A stretch of 64,000 nt of DNA, taken from positions 128,001-192,000 of the forward strand of contig CAWEEQ010000001.1 in assembly GCA_963808235.1 (NCBI GenBank), given 5' to 3'. Position numbers and translations under genes: made by a program. Source of the DNA: an uncultured delta proteobacterium. Lineage in GTDB: Bacteria; Desulfobacterota; Binatia; Binatales; Binataceae. The notes below the pieces were generated by a model that saw nothing but the letters and a program-made list of their open reading frames with translations, was not told where the DNA came from and searched no databases. Numbering within the stretch: position 1 is the first letter of the stretch; every line of letters starts with the position of its first letter. Below are positions 57,494 to 64,000 of the stretch, piece after piece.

Positions 57494-59452
57494 ATGAAAA
57501 CCGAGTTCCCCGAGAACGAGGCTGAGCGCGTGAACGCGCTTCGGCAGTACCAAATCCTCGACACGCCGCCGGAACCTGCTTTCGACCGTATCGCTGAGAT
57601 GGCGGCGAATTTCTTTCACGTGCCAATGGCTGGCGTGAGTCTGGTCGACGAGGACCGCGTCTGGTTCAAGTCTCGCGTCGGCATTGATCTCCATCAGACA
57701 GCGCGCGACGCCGGGTTATGTTCTTCGGCGATGCTCTCGCAAAACGTCTACCACCTGAGCGACGCTGCCCATGACCAGCGCGCACTCGGCCATTCGTTCG
57801 TTGCAGATCTCGGCATCCGCTTCTATGCGGCTGCTCCGCTGCGGACCAAGGAGAGCCTTAGTCTTGGGACCGTGTGGGTCCTCGACCAAGAGCCGCGCGA
57901 GCTGGCACCGGGAGAGGCGGAAATGCTGCGGACGTTGGCGGCGCTGGCCATGAATCAGATGGAACTGCGACTCTACGCAGACAAGGTCGCCCGCCTGGAA
58001 CGCGCTGAACGAACGATCGGCGAGCAACTGCGTGAGGCGAACCAGCGGCTGGCCCAAAGCGAGGAACAATTCCGTGACCTTTTTGAGGAAGCACCCATCG
58101 CGTACGTCCATCAGGCAGTCGACACCCGTATTTTGCAGGCCAACCGCACGGCAATGCAGATCCTGGGCGTCAAGCCTGACGAGATAGGGGGTTTGCTCGG
58201 GACCTCGTTTTTCCCTGATACGCCCGAAGCTCAGCGTCGCCTGCACGATGCGCTCCCGTTGCTTGCCGCCGGAACCGACGAAAAGGGAGTGGTACTCGAA
58301 CTCCGCCGCAAAGACGACGGCAGGCCGCTGTGGGTGCGGTGGTGGTGCAGGCCGGAGCCGGCAGGCACGTACGCGCGCAGCATGTTCATGGACATCACCG
58401 ACCAGGTGCAGGCGGAACAGCAAAAGGCGCGGCTCGAAGCCCAAAACGCTTACCTGCTCGACGAAATTCGCACCGAACAGAATTTCGGCGACATCATTGG
58501 GGGAAGTTCCGGCCTGAGAAAGGTGATGCAGCAGGTTCAACTCGTTGCGCCGACCGATGCTACCGTCCTGATCACCGGGGAAAGCGGTACGGGAAAAGAG
58601 CTCGTCGCGCGGGCCATCCACGAGCAAGGCGCGCGACGCGAACGCCCTCTGATCAAACTGAACTGCAGCGCGGTGCCTGAAGGTCTTTTCGAGAGCGAGT
58701 TCTTTGGGCACGTAAAAGGGGCGTTTACAGGCGCACTCAAGGACAAGCCCGGCCGCTTTGAACTGGCCGATGGCGGTACGTTATTCCTCGATGAAATCGG
58801 CGAAGTGCCGCTTGCGATGCAAGCCAAGCTGCTCCGCGTGTTGCAGGAACAGGAGCTTGAACGGGTCGGCGACACCCGCACGCGCAAGGTTAATGTGCGG
58901 GTCATCGCCGCATCCAATCGGAACCTAAAGAAGGAGGTCGACGAGGGTCGCTTTCGCCAGGACCTTTTCTATCGGCTCAGCGTTTTCCCTATCGAGGTCC
59001 CGCCGCTCAGACAGCGCCGCGACGACATAGCTCCCCTTGTCGCGAATTTCATCCGCCAAAGCGCGCGCCGGATAAATCGTCCTGAGCCCCAGCTCAGCAA
59101 GGCGGAACTAGATCGACTCGGCTCGTACGACTGGCCCGGTAACGTGCGTGAACTTCAAAACACGGTCGAGCGCGCCATCATCCTGTGGCGCGACGGTCCG
59201 CTCAGCTTCGACCTACCCAGTTCGCCGGCACGCCAAAATACTGAGCAGCAGCCCAAGCCGGCCGCGGACGCCGCGCTCCTTACCCGCGACGAATTAAAGC
59301 GGCAGGAGCGCGCGACAATTGTAAACGCCCTGAAGCAGACCAACGGAAAGGTCTCTGGACCAGGCGGTGCAGCGGAATTGCTGGCCATGAAGCCGTCGAC
59401 CTTGGCGTCGCGCATCTCCTCTTTGGGCATCAGTCGTAGAACGCTCAACTGA
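57494..59452 (+). CDS. Sigma54-dependent transcriptional activator (GAF-PAS-AAA+-HTH)
   Basis: GAF ILDTPPEPAFD..FYAAAPL, PAS, GESGTGKE, GAFTGA, LFLDEI, WPGNVREL, HTH. Confidence 0.93.
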   Translation: MKTEFPENEAERVNALRQYQILDTPPEPAFDRIAEMAANFFHVPMAGVSLVDEDRVWFKSRVGIDLHQTARDAGLCSSAMLSQNVYHLSDAAHDQRALGHSFVADLGIRFYAAAPLRTKESLSLGTVWVLDQEPRELAPGEAEMLRTLAALAMNQMELRLYADKVARLERAERTIGEQLREANQRLAQSEEQFRDLFEEAPIAYVHQAVDTRILQANRTAMQILGVKPDEIGGLLGTSFFPDTPEAQRRLHDALPLLAAGTDEKGVVLELRRKDDGRPLWVRWWCRPEPAGTYARSMFMDITDQVQAEQQKARLEAQNAYLLDEIRTEQNFGDIIGGSSGLRKVMQQVQLVAPTDATVLITGESGTGKELVARAIHEQGARRERPLIKLNCSAVPEGLFESEFFGHVKGAFTGALKDKPGRFELADGGTLFLDEIGEVPLAMQAKLLRVLQEQELERVGDTRTRKVNVRVIAASNRNLKKEVDEGRFRQDLFYRLSVFPIEVPPLRQRRDDIAPLVANFIRQSARRINRPEPQLSKAELDRLGSYDWPGNVRELQNTVERAIILWRDGPLSFDLPSSPARQNTEQQPKPAADAALLTRDELKRQERATIVNALKQTNGKVSGPGGAAELLAMKPSTLASRISSLGISRRTLN

Positions 59453-59496
59453 AGATTCCTATTTCCACAGCAGGTGCACGGACCCGGAGAACGTAG

Positions 59497-60753
59497 ATGG
59501 ATTTACGGACGGCTCATCCGGACCAACCGTGGCTATGGCGCGCCGATTGGGCCGCCGGCGAAATTCACTCGAGTCCAAAGGCAAAAGCGATCTTCTTCGC
59601 TCTGTTGGCGATATTCTGGAACTTCTGCACGTTCTCGGCTCTCGCCAGCCTCCGCGCCAACGTCGATCCGGATCGCGCGAAAATTACCGCCTGGCTGATG
59701 CTGTTCCCGTTGATCGGCATCGGCCTCCTGTTCATCGCGATGCGCGCGTTGCTCCAATGGCGCGTATACGGCGAATCAATCTTCCAGCTTAAATTGGTGC
59801 CCGGAACGATCGGCGGCGCGCTCGAGGGCGTCATTCGATCCTCGCATCCGCTGCCGCCGATGCGAGCGGCGAAGCTCCACCTTTCCTGCATCAATGACGT
59901 GCGCGGCCCTGATGGCAAGACGACCGCTCTCCCCATTTGGAGCGATGAGCTTGAAGTGACTACCGATGGCATCGGCGATATTCCAGTCGCCGTCTACATT
60001 CCACCGGAATGTCGTCCGACCGCGACCGAGCCTCTCGACAATCGCGTAACCTGGAAGCTGATAGTTTCATTTACGGCGAACCCGGTATCCTATCGCGCCG
60101 TATTCGAGGTGCCGATTTTCGAGACCGGCGAGACTTCCGCAAGGGCGTCCGATGCGGACGAATTGCGCGCTCAGCGCGACGCGAGGGTCAATTCTTTTCA
60201 GGCACCGGAGAAATCACGAATCCAGGTCGCCCTCGCCGGCGACGGCTCGACCGAAATTTTCTTCCCGGCGTTTCGGAATCCCGCAGTCGCGCTTGGGCTG
60301 CTTGGCTTTCTCATCCTGTGGATCGGTGTGACAATTGTCATTTTCAAAGACAACGCACCGCTGATTTTCAAGATCGCATGGCCGCTTATGGACGTGTTGA
60401 TCGGGCTCTGGGTGCTGTCGCTGCTGTTTGGCTCGACCAGCGCACACGCCCGCAACGGCGAGATAACGATTGTCTCGCGATTGCTGGGCATACCGATTCG
60501 GAACCGCCGCCTGGCGCTGTCTGAAATCAATGACATCCGAACCGGATCTGGAATGTACACCGGCAATACGGTCTATCGGCGAATTCAAATCCATTGCGCC
60601 GGTAAAGATACCATCAGCTTCGGCGACGGCATCCCTGATTCAATCGAAGCGGACTGGATCGCGTCCATGATCGCCAGAGCCGTCGGCCTGCCGGATAACG
60701 CGAGCGCCCAATACCGAACTCTGAAGGGTGCTGCGCTGCCCGACGGGCGCTAA
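59497..60753 (+). CDS. Hypothetical membrane protein (two TM hairpins separated by a soluble beta domain)
   Basis: GGAG RBS; FFALLAIFWN..LFPLIGIGLL and LGFLILWIG..PLMDVLIG segments. Confidence 0.7.
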   Translation: MDLRTAHPDQPWLWRADWAAGEIHSSPKAKAIFFALLAIFWNFCTFSALASLRANVDPDRAKITAWLMLFPLIGIGLLFIAMRALLQWRVYGESIFQLKLVPGTIGGALEGVIRSSHPLPPMRAAKLHLSCINDVRGPDGKTTALPIWSDELEVTTDGIGDIPVAVYIPPECRPTATEPLDNRVTWKLIVSFTANPVSYRAVFEVPIFETGETSARASDADELRAQRDARVNSFQAPEKSRIQVALAGDGSTEIFFPAFRNPAVALGLLGFLILWIGVTIVIFKDNAPLIFKIAWPLMDVLIGLWVLSLLFGSTSAHARNGEITIVSRLLGIPIRNRRLALSEINDIRTGSGMYTGNTVYRRIQIHCAGKDTISFGDGIPDSIEADWIASMIARAVGLPDNASAQYRTLKGAALPDGR

Positions 60754-60878
60754 ATTCCCAGACAGCTAATCGACGCAGCCCTATCCGGGCGCGATTTGCC
60801 GAGGTCCATCGATCAGCCGTAAATACGCCTGCCGATCGAACCCGGCGAAACCGGCCCGGTTAGAAGCTGCGCGACGAA

Positions 60879-61454
60879 TCAGCTCGCGATCTTTTCCTGG
60901 TACACGAGAATCTCGACCCGCCGATTCTTGCGCCGGCCGATCTTCGTGCCGTTGTCGTCGACCGGCTTGCTCGCGCCGTAGGAAACCACGCGAACCTGAG
61001 TCGGGTCTAGGCCCTTCTGGCCGACCAGATATCCGGCGACGCTGGTAGCGCGCCTCTGTCCGAGCTCGTAGTTGTAGTCCTCATGGCCGACGCTGTCGGT
61101 ATACCCGGCGACCACGAAGACACGCTGCGCCGCCGCCGACTCTGAGCCGGTGCCGGGCGTCGATCCCTCCATATCACCCACGAATTGATCGATCTCGCGC
61201 TTGGCGTTCCCGCTCAAGGCAGCGGATCCGGTCTTGAAGGTCGGCCCGTTGGTCGAATCCAGGACCAACCGCCGCTCAAGGTGGAGATTGTTCATCTGGG
61301 TTTCAAGCTGCTGTTGCTGTCCGGTGATCGGGCGCAGCTGATCGCCAACCCACGAGCGGGTGGCAAGGCAGCCGCTGAGGGTGAGAAGCAAACCGGCCCC
61401 CGCGAAGGCTCTGACCCCGATGCGTACAGCGTTCGATAAATGCGCGATTCTCAC
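60879..61454 (-). CDS. OmpA-family lipoprotein
   Basis: GTG start after AGGAGG; lipobox LSGC; GYTDSVG..YNYELGQRRA, SYG..KP, NRRVEI. Confidence 0.88.
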   Translation of the reverse strand: MRIAHLSNAVRIGVRAFAGAGLLLTLSGCLATRSWVGDQLRPITGQQQQLETQMNNLHLERRLVLDSTNGPTFKTGSAALSGNAKREIDQFVGDMEGSTPGTGSESAAAQRVFVVAGYTDSVGHEDYNYELGQRRATSVAGYLVGQKGLDPTQVRVVSYGASKPVDDNGTKIGRRKNRRVEILVYQEKIAS

Positions 61455-61540
61455 AGTGAATCCTCCTGGTTTAACTGGGATTTCCGTTTTGATTTTCCAA
61501 CCAGTTGATCTTCTTGGTCCGGCAGAAATCCCAGAATCAA

Positions 61541-61661
61541 TTTTACTACTGACGGCTTGGTGAGGCGAGTTCAAATTTGGCTTTACTACGAGTGGCTGGG
61601 TAGGGCGAGTTCATATTTGGCTTTACTACGGATGGCTTGGCGAGGCGGGTTCAAATTTTGG
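61541..61661. repeat. Three tandem ~40-bp direct repeats upstream of the OmpA gene
   Basis: TTTTACTACTGACGGCTTGGTGAGGCGAGTTCAAATTTGG / CTTTACTACGAGTGGCTGGGTAGGGCGAGTTCATATTTGG / CTTTACTACGGATGGCTTGGCGAGGCGGGTTCAAATTTTGG. Confidence 0.88.
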
Positions 61662-61684
61662 CTGCATGCCTCATACTGGTGCGG

Positions 61685-64000
61685 CTAAAGTGGAAGCGGG
61701 CCGATGTTGCCGGCGTGATCTATTGCGCGCACGGCGTAGAAGCTTGTCCCGGGCAGATGCGGCACTAAGATCACTTCATGTGAACCGGAGGTCTGCGGAA
61801 CGGCGGTCACAGGCACGGCCGTTGCCGAACCAACGTTGCTCTGCGTAATCGGATTCGCCGACGCAAATACCTGGTAGGACGCCGCAGTGCCTGATTTCCA
61901 ATCGTCACCGACCGCCGTGAAACTAAGAGTGTCGGTGGCGCCGCCGAGACCTACCGTCAAATCGTTGATTCCAGAAGGCGGCCGCGTGTCGTCACCGTAG
62001 TGACCCGTGTTTCTGTCGTTCTGATGCCAGTGCCACGCTTCATGATTCGCTGAAGCCAGTCCGGGCGTCGTGTAGATGTGGAGTAGACCCTGGCGGGTCG
62101 TCACTGCGACATCGACCGTACCGGCTCCAGTCAGGTCTCCGACCGCCGGCATCGTCAACGAAAATCCTCCCGTCCATCGCGGCCATCCGGACACCGGCTG
62201 CCCGCTGAGGCCGTCGAAAGCGTGCAGCGCCGCCGAGTCAGTCGTGAGCAGGATATCCGGGATCCCATCGCCGGTGACGTCTGCGATTGCGGGCGCGTTG
62301 AAGAAGGCCAGCCCCTGCGTGAGTTGAGTGTATTGCGGCAGATTCGCACCGGTCATCGCGTCCCATACACCGATACCCGAGCGCACCTCGATGCCCTTGC
62401 CCGGAGTCTCCAGGAGCCCGGTTACGATGTCGGTCGTGGCCGAGCCGGGGGCAACCATCTGCGGCGTTGCCGTACCGAGCAGATTGCCGATCGAAGTCGA
62501 CCCCGTGAAATGAACCAGCGGCGACGCCGTTTGCAGCGCGCCGTCAACCGGCAGGTTCGCCGGAATCTCAGGCGTGGCGAGATTGTTGTTCGCGAATTGA
62601 ATCAGGTAGTTGAAACCAAGCTCCGGGCTGGCTATTCCGATCGGACCATCGGGCGAAGTGAACGAGACCGGAGTCTGTACACCGATTGTCACGAAGTCGG
62701 TCGCCGTTCCATATGACTGCGCGGGCGTGGTCAGCTGGACCGGAAAGTTCGGCAACAACTGCCCGGTCGACGAAAATGCGGTTACAAACCCGATCGTCGG
62801 CGTACCCTGCACGGTGTCCTGAAGACCGATGAATACGTCCGGGTGACCGTCGCCGTTTATGTCCACCAACGTCGGCGTGTCGCAGATTTTTGGATCCTGG
62901 GTGAAGTTTCCGCCGCTTGCGGTACTCGGAGGTGTGATGCTGGCCGCGTTGACCGGCCATCCGGGAACCGCGCTGCCGTCGGGACGCCATGCGTAAATCT
63001 TCCCGTCCCACGCGGGCATGATGATATCGAGTTGGTTGGTGCCCTCCAGATCTGCCAGTGCGGCGCCGCCGAAACTACCGGTCGTGGGGTTGTACGAGTA
63101 GGGCGTGTCAGGCACGGGGACCGCTTGGCGCGCGACGCTCCGATCGGTGGCAAGTGGAAAACCCGGGCGCAGGTTGCCGGCGCCGTTCCACGCGTAAGCA
63201 AAACCATCCAGGGTCGTGGCGACGATCTGGAGAGCCCCATTATGGTCGAGGTCGCCCACCGCCAGCGGGGCGGCGATCGGATCGTGCGGCAAGGGAATCT
63301 GTCCCGATGCCCACGACTTGGCCGTGAGATAGTTGTACGGATAGTTCGGATCAACTCCGCGCGCGAGGTTGGTGACCACCGGAAATCCCGGCGCCTCGGT
63401 ACCGTCGGGCCTGATCGCGTGCACACTGCCGTCCGATCCGGCAACGATCGTGTCGAGCACGCCGCGCCCCTCGATATCGGCCATGGTCGCTCCCGACTCG
63501 ATCGAAGTTCCAAGGTCTTTCGGGAATCCTGCCAACTCTGCGCTGTTGTGGCGTAGATGGAATACGCGCCGATCTTCGCCGACCAGTCCGCGATTGTCGG
63601 TCACGACCAATCTGATCGTCACGTCGTACTGCTCGATTGAAAGACGATCCGGAGTCGGCGCAACGTAGTTGCCGCTCCAGAAAGACGACGGAATCTGGCT
63701 CAGATTGAGACTGCTGTTGATCGTCGCTGGCTTGGTTCCATTGCCGTGAGCGATTGTGGTGAAGGCGTTATCGAGCGGCTGCGGTCCAAGTCCATACTGC
63801 AGTTGCCACGTGTATGATTTCGATCGCGTCGCCGCGGCCGCGAACCCTACCCGCAGCGCGCTGGTCACGGTCGGATCAACTTCCTGATACCAGTCGGGCG
63901 CTTGAATGTCCGCAGTGGGCGGAATCAGGTTGGTATGCACCGCCTGCATCGCGCGAAATACATTGGGCCGTCCGTATCCATACTGGATGTTGAACTCCGC
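61685..64000 (-). CDS. C-terminal part of a large secreted FG-GAP-repeat protein, probably with an N-terminal S8 peptidase; runs off the right edge
   Basis: Repeats GDLDHNG, ADLEGTN, DINGDG, ADVTGDG and PGFP/PGWP; frame stays open to the edge with YGYGRPN (subtilase C-terminal-like). Confidence 0.75.
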   Translation of the reverse strand, partial: AEFNIQYGYGRPNVFRAMQAVHTNLIPPTADIQAPDWYQEVDPTVTSALRVGFAAAATRSKSYTWQLQYGLGPQPLDNAFTTIAHGNGTKPATINSSLNLSQIPSSFWSGNYVAPTPDRLSIEQYDVTIRLVVTDNRGLVGEDRRVFHLRHNSAELAGFPKDLGTSIESGATMADIEGRGVLDTIVAGSDGSVHAIRPDGTEAPGFPVVTNLARGVDPNYPYNYLTAKSWASGQIPLPHDPIAAPLAVGDLDHNGALQIVATTLDGFAYAWNGAGNLRPGFPLATDRSVARQAVPVPDTPYSYNPTTGSFGGAALADLEGTNQLDIIMPAWDGKIYAWRPDGSAVPGWPVNAASITPPSTASGGNFTQDPKICDTPTLVDINGDGHPDVFIGLQDTVQGTPTIGFVTAFSSTGQLLPNFPVQLTTPAQSYGTATDFVTIGVQTPVSFTSPDGPIGIASPELGFNYLIQFANNNLATPEIPANLPVDGALQTASPLVHFTGSTSIGNLLGTATPQMVAPGSATTDIVTGLLETPGKGIEVRSGIGVWDAMTGANLPQYTQLTQGLAFFNAPAIADVTGDGIPDILLTTDSAALHAFDGLSGQPVSGWPRWTGGFSLTMPAVGDLTGAGTVDVAVTTRQGLLHIYTTPGLASANHEAWHWHQNDRNTGHYGDDTRPPSGINDLTVGLGGATDTLSFTAVGDDWKSGTAASYQVFASANPITQSNVGSATAVPVTAVPQTSGSHEVILVPHLPGTSFYAVRAIDHAGNIGPLPL

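Noticed and set aside
61541-61661. 40-bp repeats as a mini CRISPR array or tRNA T-arm (GTTCAAAT) fragments
   Set aside because: No unique spacers, no cas genes, and the bases flanking GTTCAAAT do not form a T-stem

Overview
Bacterial DNA of roughly 60% GC by eye; the gene content is reminiscent of soil Deltaproteobacteria-like lineages such as Ca. Binatota (inference only). (1) 1-26.6 kb: a hybrid lipo-PKS/NRPS biosynthetic cluster that runs off the left edge. It encodes a fatty acyl-AMP ligase, MaoC hydratase, ACP, one PKS module (KS-AT-KR-ACP, broken by two single-base insertions), a stand-alone C domain, a C*(interface-like)-A-T-E NRPS, an ACP-bound extender-unit cassette (3-hydroxyacyl-CoA DH, ACP, TEII, acyl-CoA DH) whose loading enzyme appears to be a SerRS-like amino acid:[carrier protein] ligase, a second ACAD, a MacAB-like exporter and an Sfp-type PPTase. 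(2) 26.7-33.5 kb: an islet bounded by a 39-bp repeat of the tRNA-Ser(GGA) 3' end, carrying a large secreted beta-propeller protein and a complete IS1595-family element (TIRs, 8-bp TSD, DUF3800-like passenger). (3) 33.7-41.5 kb: housekeeping genes (nitronate monooxygenase, queE, DUF1329, larC, MBL hydrolase, dksA, galU, tRNA-Ala(CGC)), with an odd duplication of the galU end and tRNA. (4) 42-64 kb: accessory genes, including a sulfatase, a secreted vWA / pre-toxin-C39-peptidase-like / unknown trio, a sigma54-type AhpD-RclA-RclC-SDR-like redox operon, OmpA with three 40-bp upstream repeats, and a partial FG-GAP/S8 protein. Best candidate for an undescribed system: an aminomalonyl-type extender pathway primed by an aaRS-like ligase and feeding a fatty-acyl-primed PKS/NRPS. 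All family assignments come from motif recognition by eye; no database searches were run.
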